Shown: positions 1 to 10,485 of the stretch, one piece after another
Layout of the letters: each line of letters opens with the position of its first letter
How positions within the stretch are numbered: position 1 is the first letter of the stretch
Origin: Histomonas meleagridis 2922-C6/04-290x
Lineage: Eukaryota; Protista; Parabasalia
DNA: 64,000 bases
Direction: 5' to 3'
Assembly: GCA_020184695.1 (NCBI GenBank)
Contig: JAANOX010000002.1
Location: 434,001-498,000, forward strand
Notes under the pieces: generated by a model
Told to the model about the DNA's origin: nothing
Seen by the model: only the letters and a program-made list of their open reading frames with translations
The model's database searches: none
Program-made: the position numbers and the translations under genes

Positions 1-132
1 AAAATACAAATTATTTTCTCGAATTTTATAATCATTTATAGCCTTAGTAGTGAACATTATACATATTTTTAATTTTCTTATGCTTTTTTATTATCTCAAA
101 AAAATATAAATTTTATTCGCTTTTATTAACTT

Positions 133-1535
133 CTAAATATGATTGAGAAATTTTTCTTCTTTGAAATCTTCAGCAAACGGATCTTCTTCAATGTTATTCT
201 ATGTTAAATTTTGAAATGAACTTTCGATTTCGTTGTTATCATGTTCTGAATTTTCTTCTTCTTGAATATCATCAGAATGTTTCTTATGTTTGATTTTAAT
301 CAAAAGAATAACAATTAAAGTTCTTAAAATAATTCTGATTATTACAGATCAAACAGAAATGATAATGACATTCCAATTTTCTTTCGTTTGAATTTCATTC
401 GATAATAAAATTGTATAAAAATAAGAATAAAAACTATAATAACTTGAATAAACAATGATCGTATAATCATAATAAATAAATTTTGTTTTAATATATGTTG
501 TGATGAATTAAGAATTGAATATGAATATGAATTCATTTGTGTTTCATATATCGTAATCGTTTGTGTAATAGAATATGAATATGTTAAAGTACTCATAAAT
601 GTTAATGAAGAACTAATGAAAAATGATTTTGTAAATGTATTTGTATTAGAAAATATCTTCGAATTAGAAAATGTGTTCGAACTAGAAAATGTATTTGTAT
701 TAGAAAATGTATTTGATTTAGAGAATGTATCTGATTTAGAGAATGTGTTAGAGAATGTATTCGATTTAGAAAATGTATTCGAAAATGTGTTTGATTTCGT
801 AAATGTAAGAGTTGGCCAAAGATAAATATCACATTCATCAGCCAGATTATAGATTATATTAAGTGGTCCAAATGTCGTGTTTTGATATAAATATGATGTC
901 ATTACATATTGCGTTGGTACACCAGAAAATACATTTGCACCGAAAGATGTTGGCGATCTATAACCTGTAAAATAAATACACTTCAGATTAATGCAATCGG
1001 AAAATGCAGAATCTCCAATTGATGTGACATTTTCTCCAATAATAACTGTTTCTAAATTAGAACAAGAACTAAATGCATAATTTCCAATTGATGTAACTGA
1101 ATTAGGAATTGTAATATTATTTAATGATGAACAATATTGAAATGCAGCACCTCCAATTTCATTTAAATTATCACTTAGTTGTATTATTTCTAAGGAATAA
1201 CAATTATAAAATGCAGAACTTCCAATTGTTGTAACTGAATTACTCATATTAATCGATTTAATTGTTGTCCATTCATTAAATGTATTATTTGGAATATTAT
1301 TAATTAAATCATCAATAATCACATGTTCTGCTATATTTTTATATGTGCCATCAAATTCATCTTCTTTTGTTATTGTAAGTGTATTCGTTATATTATCAAA
1401 TGTTTGAAAAGTATTTATAAAAAATACAAAAAATATTATAAATAAATTACTTTTCTTGTTTTCTTTGATAAAAATATTGTTTGAATTATCATGATTTCGA
1501 ATGAAAATTATTATGATAATGAAAATAATAGTCAA
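133..1535 (-). pseudogene. BspA-like (TpLRR/LRR_5) surface protein with S/T-rich stalk; C-terminal TM and acidic DPF tail displaced by frameshifts and a stop
   Basis: ORF 342..1535 has TpLRR repeats (SVTTIGSSAFYNCYSL, IPNSVTSIGNYAFSSCSNL). Past its stop, another frame reads VIIRIILRTLIVILLIKIKHKKH...QNLT*NNIEEDPFAEDFKEEKFLNHI* (TAG at 199-201, final stop 133-135), the type of tail seen on parabasalid surface proteins. Confidence 0.8.
620..800 (-). repeat. 18-bp coding tandem repeat (S-N/K-T-F-S-x hexapeptide stalk)
   Basis: Repeated ttagaaaatgtatt(t/c)ga units encode SNTFSK/SNTFSN in the BspA ORF. Confidence 0.85.
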
Positions 1536-2614
1536 ATCTTAAACAAATTTTATGATCATAACATGCACATTCTATTGGGAGCCCTAAGCTCTCACGTGGT
1601 ATATGTGTTAAACTTGATAATTTTTTGTTTTTTAAATAATCAGTATTAAATCTTGCAAATTTTTTGAATATAATATTGGAAATTATTGAGTACATCATGT
1701 TTGTAAGTGATTTGCCTCCTTTGTTTTTGTACTGCTGCATGTGATAATATGTTAAGTTTAAAAAAACTTGTTTGCTGTATAGTCCATTGGATATTAAAAC
1801 ATATGTTATAGGAAGAACCAGAAGGAATTTTGGAGTTTCCATGTTACACATGAAAATATGGATGAAGCACGTTACAAAAATTTATTTAGTTTCTCAAAAA
1901 GCTAAAAATTTCAGAGATATAACCAAAACAATGAATTTGTCACATGATGACACACAGATTTGAAAAAACGTATTCTTGTTATTTAACACATAAAAGGAAA
2001 TCCTCAAGCCTTAAATAGCTTTTGAGACACTTTTAAGATAATACATAGAACAGTGATTGTAACAAACTTTTTTTTGGAATGTTGTACGTTAATGGCATTT
2101 TTTTTGAACTAATATATCTCAATAAAGGAAGAAGATATTTTCCAAATTCCTGTAGTGTTTCATTTTTTACATACGTTCCTTCATAAGTATTATATTTTTA
2201 ATGATAGAAAATTTGTTGATTTGATTAATGTTTTTTTTCTTATCTTTGGCTATTTTTAATTTCATGATGATTTAATCATAATTAATTCTATTGAAACTTC
2301 ATGAGTCGCTTTTGCTTCTTCTATATTTTGTCGAAATGATTGAACATAATAATTATTTGCTTTTCCTTAATATTCTATGGATTGATTTATACATTTATGT
2401 AATTGACTCTATATTGTAATAAACATATTTGTGGTAAATCTTGATGCATTTTTGCATAGAACATTAAATGATTTCGATAGGAAACACGATATAAACCGTT
2501 CAGGAAAGTGAAGTTTCTAACCGCTCATTTCACACTGACGGTTTATTTACTTCAAAAAGTCGCATTATTTTCAAAAAGTGCATTTTCATTCAAATTTTTA
2601 ATCATTTCTTTCTG

Positions 2615-3773
2615 ATGGAAAAAGAGCTTTCAAGAAATGAAAATGATGGATTTCCTGATAAATTGGAAACACCACTACTAATTAGCAAAATAATATATGA
2701 ATTAAATCGAGAAAATATCACAGAATCTTCAAGTTTCATAATCAAAAAATTTGATGATGAGCATCCATTATATTTTAATTTAATAATCAGTCAAATAATA
2801 TTTTCTGTATTGATAGCAAGCCAGAAAGATTTTGATATATATATATATTAAATTTTTAGAAGAAATTGAACAATTTGAAGAAACAAAACAAATTAAAAAC
2901 AAAATATTTGAAATATTTACTAAGTTTCTGCTTTTTGATGGACATACACAAGATGCATATTTTCTTCTCAATGAAATGGTTGAACATAATTTTATCCAAA
3001 AAAATGTGCTGTTGGAACATAAAAAGATTTCATATTTTGTACATTATATTACCAATGAAGAAATTCAACAAATGATTAAATATAATCAAAAATTTAAATA
3101 TGAAATCAAAAAGAATATTTTAAAAAAAGAAAAATATATGTTCATCGATAAAATTAACGAACATTATGAAGAACTTTCAAAGAATGATTGGGAATTACAT
3201 AAGCAATTAATTAGAGAAGGAGTAAATCCGAATGAAATTGCGAAAATAATTCGAAATGATGAAATAGAGAAACTACAAGAAATATCATCACAAACAAATT
3301 TTGATTTTAATCAAACAATTCCAAAATCACTTTATGAAAAATGTTCATATATTAATCAAAAAAATGTTTCAATAATTGATTATGCAGCATTTTTTGGATC
3401 AGTTAAATGTTTCAAATATTTACTTATGAATGGTGCAAAAGTAGAAAACACAGGCAAATATACAATTGCAGGTGAAAATAAAGAAATTATTCATTTATGT
3501 GACCAAAATAATTCAACATTTGAAGGTGTATATGAAGCAGCAATTAAATTTCATCGAAATGATATCTTTCATTCTTTTTATGATAATACATTTAAAGAAA
3601 TTAATAATTTAGAAGAATTAGGAAAACTTTGCATTTTATATCATAAAAATGAAATATTTTCATTTTTAGTTAAAGAAGGAATGAAAATCAATAATGATAT
3701 TATTAATGAAGCAGCAAATATTGGAAATATTTTTTTAGTTGAATATTTTCTTAAACACGTTTTTATTCAATAA
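2615..3773 (+). pseudogene. DUF3447-like/ankyrin-associated family gene, split by a frameshift in an (AT)n run
   Basis: ORFs 2615..2851 and 2832..3773 together align by eye with 9043..10311 (ELNRENIT vs TLNQENIT; NVSIIDYAAFFGSVKCFKYLL vs NVSLIDYAAFFGSVKCFKYLL). The break lies in gatatatatatatattaaa at 2834-2852. Confidence 0.8.
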
Positions 3774-3840
3774 AAAAATTATAAAATAAAATTTGATTTT
3801 AATGAATTTCTATTTTTTGTTTTTAATTTTCATAAAAATA

Positions 3841-5601
3841 CTAAGCAGTTGTTGTTGTATTTTCAGGCAGTGCCCATTCAGGGAATTGTTCTGCGTCGAA
3901 TACCGCCGGTATTATAGCCATCGATAATCCAATTATTACGAATATTGCCACAACTGTCACGAAAGCGCCATGCAGCAAGAAGTCGGACATTTTGAGTCTT
4001 CCATATCCGTAAGCGATTAAGTTTGGTGGTGTTGATACTGGCAGCAAGAAGCAGCAGCTTGTCATGAAGCAGACGGGGAACATGAGCATCCACGGGTGGT
4101 ACTTCTGGGACTGCTGCGCGAAGACAGCCATGATCGGGATCAATATGTTAGCGCACGCCGTGTTCGATGCGACAGTCGATATCACCGCTGTCACGCACAA
4201 GATCGCCAGCAGCAAGACAAACAGTGGCAAGTTCGCAAGTCCTTTCATCACGTTGCCCAACCACGTGTCCATTCCGGAGTCCTTGAAGCCTTGGTTCAGC
4301 ACGAAGCCGCCCGAAAACAGGAACAAGATCGTCCACGGGATCTTCTCTTGCGCGTAGTTCCACTCTAACAATGGGATCCACTTACGTCCTGTCTTCTGTG
4401 GGTTCGCTTGCTCTAATGTCATGTTGTCTTCTGTGCCATCGATGATGTTGGCTTCACTCGCTTCTTCGCGAAGTTCACTGTCTTCTGTCTCTTCTTCATC
4501 TGATGATGATTGGTGTTGCTTGGTCTGTGGCTTGATCTCGAGGTTAATCTCTGATTCTTGCATCGCACGCTCTTCTTTCTCAGTAGGCTCGGGAACATGG
4601 ATGATGAAGAATAACATTGACAATAAAATGGCAACTGTCCCATCGGCAATGTAATTGGTGCCTTCGCCAGGATATAATGTGTTCGCCCAGCCTGTTAAGT
4701 TAGCATTGCTACCAAATGATAAGTCGCTACGGAATAACCAAAGACATGCTAAAAGAATAAAGAGTAATACAATGATAATCTCGGCTGGTTTCATCTTGCC
4801 TAACTTGTTGTAGTTCTCACGAAAGGCACTCTCGTCAACACCTGGAGGGATTTTGACCTTGCGGATGAAGACAATTAAGAAATAGAAATACATGATAACA
4901 AGAATTGATAATGATATGGGAAGTGAAACAAACATAAACTCAGTAAAGCCGATTTCTTTGGCCTTTGGAAAACGCTCACGAGCAATTTGTGATAAAATTA
5001 AGTTGGGTGGTGTACCAATTAATGTAATAAAACCACCAACAGAACAGGAATATGCAATGGCAAGGAAAAGACACTTGGCAAATGGATCAACCATGGCGGA
5101 ATCCCCGGTGATTTCTTCAAGTTTGGTGATGATGGCTAACGCATTGGGAATCATGGTAAGAGCAGTGGCTGTGTTGGAAATCCACATGCCTAAGAATGTG
5201 GTAACTAACATAATACCGAGTAATAAAAGCCATGGTTTTAATCCAAATATTAAAACCGTTTTGAGGGCAATTCTAGAATGAAGATTCCATTTGACCATAA
5301 CAGTGGAAAAAAGAAAGCCACCAAGAAATACCATTGATGTATCACTGAACATTGTATTAGCAACAACACTAGCTTTGGAAATCTTTAATAGTGGCATAAG
5401 AAAAACAGGGAAGAATGATGTGATAACAATAGGAATTGGTTCAAAGACCCAATAAAGAGCTGTTAATAATGTTACCCCAAGACAATTTCCTGCTCTTGGG
5501 TAAGCTTCATCAAGAGTGACTGCACCGAACATAAATGGACAAGATATGATCAGTGGACCTAGAAATTCAGCCCACCAGATAATTCTTTTCCAGTCAACCA
5601 T
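3841..5601 (-). CDS. SLC13/DASS sodium:sulfate/dicarboxylate symporter
   Basis: Multi-TM protein with two SNT motifs (ISNTAT, ASNTAC) and LIGTPPNL / VSTPPNLIAYG hairpin motifs. Confidence 0.9.
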   Translation of the reverse strand: MVDWKRIIWWAEFLGPLIISCPFMFGAVTLDEAYPRAGNCLGVTLLTALYWVFEPIPIVITSFFPVFLMPLLKISKASVVANTMFSDTSMVFLGGFLFSTVMVKWNLHSRIALKTVLIFGLKPWLLLLGIMLVTTFLGMWISNTATALTMIPNALAIITKLEEITGDSAMVDPFAKCLFLAIAYSCSVGGFITLIGTPPNLILSQIARERFPKAKEIGFTEFMFVSLPISLSILVIMYFYFLIVFIRKVKIPPGVDESAFRENYNKLGKMKPAEIIIVLLFILLACLWLFRSDLSFGSNANLTGWANTLYPGEGTNYIADGTVAILLSMLFFIIHVPEPTEKEERAMQESEINLEIKPQTKQHQSSSDEEETEDSELREEASEANIIDGTEDNMTLEQANPQKTGRKWIPLLEWNYAQEKIPWTILFLFSGGFVLNQGFKDSGMDTWLGNVMKGLANLPLFVLLLAILCVTAVISTVASNTACANILIPIMAVFAQQSQKYHPWMLMFPVCFMTSCCFLLPVSTPPNLIAYGYGRLKMSDFLLHGAFVTVVAIFVIIGLSMAIIPAVFDAEQFPEWALPENTTTTA

Positions 5602-6819
5602 TATATTTGATTTCAGCGATCATTCAATTTTTTTACAATCATATAGAAAAATCTTGAATAAATGACTTCAATTAATGGAACAGAAACGACCGGGACGGTT
5701 TTAACAGACTGATCGGACTCACTACAAAGTCATCTTTAGAAATTTGAAATATAATTTTCTTAACTTTTTCTTCCGATAATTATAGGAAAACATTCAATGA
5801 AGTTGTCTCAATGAACAGATTTTCACATTTTTCGTTCCAAACTATAACCATTCAATTAACGACCACAAAATTATTTCTGAAAATTCAATTGTAAAGGATA
5901 ACATTTCCTTTGTTTCTTCGTCAAACAGACTCTGTCAATTGTCTGACTATAATTTTCAATTTCTGTTTTTTATGTCAATATAGTGGTGGAATTGATATAA
6001 TAAACTATTGAAAAAATTGTGAAGAATTTTTTAAACTCGTTGATGGGCCTTTTGTCCATTGAAACGGATACGTTTTAATTTTACACAAAATAAAATGAAC
6101 TATTTTGCTAAAAACATCAAGCTACAAATTTCCTTTTGTAAATTAGGATAAAAATTGATCATCATTTGCATTTTCAATAAAACATGAATAACATGAAAAA
6201 TTTTGATACAATCCTCTTTGAATTATCTGTTTCTATTTTCGTTTCTTGAAAGTTTTCGTGTGCAAATCGATATTTAATCTTTTATAATTATTTATATCGT
6301 TTTTTTATATAATCACATCTTGAAAAAAAATTTCGAAATTTGTTGAGATGTAAACTATTCAAAACATTTGTTCCAAAAAATCAAAAATGGTAATAACAAT
6401 AGAATTTTTGTAAGACAATTCACTCGAATTTGATCGTTTTTACTCGATCGACTTTTGGTTTAAAATATTAGTAGTTTGTAGTAATTTCAATATTGAAATA
6501 AAAGTGAAGAACTTTTGATTGCAGCCGACGGATTTCTGCCAAAAATCATGATCAAATTTCTTCAACATGAAATTTCATGCAATTCTTAGTATGGAAGACC
6601 AAAATATATTATCAATAGATGATTTATCAAAACAGTATTATTATATATATATATTGACATCATAATTCTTCTGAAACATAAATTATCACAACTAATTTTT
6701 ATGTGAATGCTTTAATTAATTCACAATTTTGGAAAAGGCTCAAATGTATCTAAAGTAATTAAGATTTTAATAATAACATTACGCGAAAGATATTAATATT
6801 AATATTATATCCACGATTT

Positions 6820-7170
6820 CTACTCGAGATGGGGGTAATGACTTTTTGAACACCCAAAATTGTATAAGAATTTTCTTTTCAATCGATTATGATATAACAC
6901 GTCATTAAAATAATCCAGGGCAGGGATATTGATACCTTCGTGTTCAAACATCAAATTAACAATTTCAATGTTTCCTTCAACACATGCTTTCAGAAATGCT
7001 CTTAAAAAATTCAAATATTCATCGCTTGATATTTTGGAAAACAAAATTATCAAAATAAATTTTAAATAAAACAAATAAATATTTTCAGCATTAATATCAA
7101 TTCCTTCTTGTTCAAGAAGTAATTTAAATATTTCTGTATGACCATTTTTAGATGCTAAAATAAGTGCTGT
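6820..7170 (-). CDS. Terminal ankyrin cassette, in-frame spacer-like segment, degenerate last ankyrin and C-terminal tail
   Basis: TALILASKNGHTEIFKLLLEQEGIDINAEN continues in frame through IYLFYLKFILIILF...RAFLKACVEGNIEIVNLMFEHEGINIPALD to the stop at 6820-6822. Confidence 0.6.
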   Translation of the reverse strand, partial: TALILASKNGHTEIFKLLLEQEGIDINAENIYLFYLKFILIILFSKISSDEYLNFLRAFLKACVEGNIEIVNLMFEHEGINIPALDYFNDVLYHNRLKRKFLYNFGCSKSHYPHLE

Positions 7171-9081
7171 ACTAAATAATTTAAATAATTTCCAAATATT
7201 ATTTTGAAATATTAAATGTTTAAAATAAATATTAAATAAAACAAATAAATATCTTTAGCATTAATATCAATTCCTTCTTGTTCAAGAAGTATTTTAACTA
7301 TTTCTATATTGCCATTTTCAGATGCATAAATAAGTGCTGTATAAAATAATTTAAACAATTTCCAAATATTATTTTGATATATTCCAAAATTATTAAAATA
7401 AATATTAAATAAAACAAATAAATATCTTTAGCATTAATATCAATTCCTTCTTGTTCAAGAAGTAATGAAACTATTTCTGAATGACCATTTTTAGATGCAT
7501 ACATAAGTGCTGTTTCAAATATTTTAAATAATTTTCAAATATTATTATTCAAAAAAAATATTAAATAAAACAAATAAATATCTTTAGCATTAATATCAAT
7601 TCCTTCTTGTTCAAGAAGTAATGAAACTATTTCTGTATGACCTTTTGAAGATGCATACATAAGTGCTGTATAAAATATTTTAAATAATTTCTAAATATTA
7701 TTTTAAAATATATAATTATTAAAATAAATTTCAAATAAAACAAATAAATATCTTTAGCATTAATATCAATTCCTTCTTGTTCAAGAAGTATTTTAACTAT
7801 TTCTGTATGACTATTTTCAGATGCATACATAAGTGCTGTTTCAAATAATTTAAATAATTTCTAAATATTATTTTGAAATCCAAAATTATTAAAATAAATT
7901 TTAAATAAAACAAATAAATATCTTGAGCATTAATATCAATTCCTTCTTGTTCAAGAAGTAATTTAACTATTTCTGAATGACCATTTTCAGATGCATAAAT
8001 AAGTGCTGTTCTAAATATTTTAAATAATTTCTAAATATTATTTTAAAATATATAATTATTAAAATAAATTTCAAATAAAACAAATAAATATCTTTAGCAT
8101 TAATATCAATTCCTTCTTGTTCAAGAAGTATTTTAACTATTTCTGTATGACTATTTTCAGATGCATACATAAGTGCTGTTTTAAATATTTTAAATAATTT
8201 CCAAATATTATTTTGAAATATTAAATGTTTAAAATAAATATTAAATAAAACAAATAAATATCTTTAGCATTAATATCAATTCCTTCTTGTTCAAGAAGTA
8301 ATTGAACTATTTCTGTATGACCATTTTCAGATGCATACATAAGTGCTGTTTCAAATAATTTAAATAATTTCTAAATATTATTTTGGAATATAAATTTCAA
8401 ATAAAACAAATAAATATCTTTAGCATTAATATCAATTCCTTCTTGTTCAAGAAGTAATTTAACTACTTCTGTATGGCCATATTCAGATGCATACATAAGT
8501 GCTGTTCTAAATATTTTAAATAATTTCCAAATATTATTTTGAAATATTAAATGTTTAAAATAAATATTAAATAAAACAAATAAATATCTTTAGCATTAAT
8601 ATCAATTCCTTCTTGTTCAAGAAGTAATGAAACTATTTCTGTATGACCTTTTGAAGATGCATACATAAGTGCTGTTCTAAATATTTTAAATAATTTCTAA
8701 ATATTATTTTGGAATATAAATTTCAAATAAAACAAATAAATATCTTTAGCATTAATATCAATTCCTTTATGTTCAAGAAGTAATTTAAATATTTCTGTAT
8801 GACTATTTTCAGATGCATAAATAAGTGCTGTTCTAAATATTTTAAATAATTTCCAAATATTATTTTGAAATATTAAATGTTTAAAATAAATATTAAATAA
8901 AACAAATAAATATCTTTAGCATTAATATCAATTCCTTCTTGTTCAAGAAGTAATTTAAATATTTCTGTATGACCATTTTTAGATGCTAAAATAAGTGCTG
9001 TACTAAATAATTTAAATAATTTCCAAATATTATTTTGAAATATTAAATGTTTAAAATAAATATTAAATAAAACAAATAAAT
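7081..9081 (-). repeat. Tandem array of 12 ankyrin cassettes (90 nt, 30 aa), each preceded by a 66-83 nt AT-rich spacer
   Basis: Thr codons of TAL start at 9001, 8831, 8675, 8505, 8349, 8179, 8009, 7839, 7669, 7513, 7340 and 7170, giving periods of 156, 170 and 173 nt. Consensus TAL(M/I)YASxxGHTEIVKLLLEQEGIDINAKD. Confidence 0.95.
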
Positions 9082-10311
9082 ATCTTTAGCATTAATATCA
9101 ATTCCTTTTTGTTTTAAAACGTATTCAACAAGTTCAATATTTCTTGATCCTGCTGAAAATACCAATATATCATGCGGAATTGAATGTTCTTTAAGAAAAT
9201 ATTCAACTAAAAAAATATTTCCAATAATTGCTGCTTCATTAATAATATCATTATTGATTTCCATTCCTTCTTTAACTAAAAATGAGAATATTTCGGAGTT
9301 ATGATATGAAATACAAAGATTTCCTAATTCTTCTAAATTGTTGATTTCTTTTAATTTATTATCATAAAAATATTTAAAGATATCATTTCGATGAAATTCA
9401 ATTGCTGTTTCATATGCTTTATCAAATGATGAATGATTTTGCTCACACAAATGAATGATTTCTTCATTTCCTCCTGCAACTGCATATTTACCTGTGTTTT
9501 CTACTTTTGCATTGTTAATAAGTAAATACTTAAAACATTTAACAGATCCAAAAAATGCTGCATAATCAATTAATGAAACATTATCTCCATTTATAAAATC
9601 ACATCTTTCATAAAGTGACTTTGGAATTTTCTGATTATAATCAAAGTTTGTTTGCGATGAAATTTCTTGAAGTTTTTCAACATTATCATTCCATATAACT
9701 TTTGAAATTTCTGAATGATTAATTCCTTCATGAATTAATTTTTTATGAAGCTCAAAATTGTTCTTTGAAAGTTCTTCATAACTTAAAGAGGTATAAGACG
9801 GAACTTCTTGGATTTCAATTTCTGTTTTTGGTTGGTAGTGCAAAAAATAGCGATAATTATAACTGACAACTTTTTTTGGATCCATCAAATTGTGTTCAAC
9901 TAATGCATTAAGAAGATAAATTGATTCTTTTCGGCTTGAAAAATGGATAAGATACTGTTTAAAAACATTAAAAAAATTTGTTTTGAATTTTTTTCTTTCT
10001 TCAAAATTTTCAACTTCTTTTAAAAAATTTAAATACAGATCAGAGTCACGCATTCGGAATGCAAGAACTGTGTACACCATTTGAGTGATAGCAATGTTAA
10101 AAGATAATGAATAACTTTCATCAAATATGTTAATTAATGAATTTAATGATTGTGTAATATTTTCTTGATTTAAGGTAAAAATTAATTCCTTAATCAATAG
10201 GAGTTTTTCCCATTCGTTATGAAGTTTTTGATTTTTATTTTTCTCGATGACAGACATCCTCATTATTTTCGAAATAGGCTTACCGCACGGTAATTCTCGT
10301 AAATCATTCAA
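9043..10311 (-). CDS. DUF3447-like head protein ending in a first ankyrin repeat; 5' part of the cassette gene
   Basis: 422-aa ORF, paralogue of 2615..3773. It ends ...NIELVEYVLKQKGIDINAKD-IYLFYLIFILNI*, with the stop inside the first spacer. Confidence 0.85.
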   Translation of the reverse strand: MNDLRELPCGKPISKIMRMSVIEKNKNQKLHNEWEKLLLIKELIFTLNQENITQSLNSLINIFDESYSLSFNIAITQMVYTVLAFRMRDSDLYLNFLKEVENFEERKKFKTNFFNVFKQYLIHFSSRKESIYLLNALVEHNLMDPKKVVSYNYRYFLHYQPKTEIEIQEVPSYTSLSYEELSKNNFELHKKLIHEGINHSEISKVIWNDNVEKLQEISSQTNFDYNQKIPKSLYERCDFINGDNVSLIDYAAFFGSVKCFKYLLINNAKVENTGKYAVAGGNEEIIHLCEQNHSSFDKAYETAIEFHRNDIFKYFYDNKLKEINNLEELGNLCISYHNSEIFSFLVKEGMEINNDIINEAAIIGNIFLVEYFLKEHSIPHDILVFSAGSRNIELVEYVLKQKGIDINAKDIYLFYLIFILNI

Positions 10312-10485
10312 TTCATGAGTAAACTATTCAATTAGAAATTATCACTCTATTGTACTAGCGACCGTTATAGGCCGCAGGAAGTCTATCGTTGCCGATATGA
10401 AGCACCAAATGCAGATTAAATTTAATTTGGCACGCTGAATCTCATAAACAGTGAGAAGAACTTATGATTCTTGTGGACCGCCCCA

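Noticed and set aside
1489-1963. ORFs 1489..1851 and 1772..1963 as genes or a transposase remnant
   Set aside because: No recognisable motifs; may be decayed sequence, but I cannot support a call.
3878-4654. Multiple overlapping ORFs on both strands within SLC13
   Set aside because: Shadow ORFs caused by the locally high GC of the SLC13 3' region; the same applies to the antisense ORFs inside Prp22, Nup210, Vps53 and Rrp5.
7081-9081. CRISPR array
   Set aside because: The conserved units encode ankyrin repeats, the spacers are homologous to each other rather than unique, the context is eukaryotic, and there are no cas genes.
7171-9081. Spacers as ordinary GT-AG spliceosomal introns (GT at spacer +9, AG near the end would give a 33-aa repeat)
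   Set aside because: Only 6 of 12 have AG at that position (others GA, TA, AA), there is no ACTAAC branch point, the donor GTTTTA is atypical, and the +9 GT is not conserved in the 10577 copy. It cannot be fully excluded for a subset without cDNA.
7171-9081. Strong conserved RNA hairpin in the spacers
   Set aside because: Partial complementarity exists (e.g. AATATTTATTTT / AAAATAATATT), but in sequence this AT-rich it is expected by chance; covariation analysis is needed.
10381-10470. Box C/D snoRNA
   Set aside because: Only a CTGA and an imperfect box C, with no terminal stem or identifiable guide.
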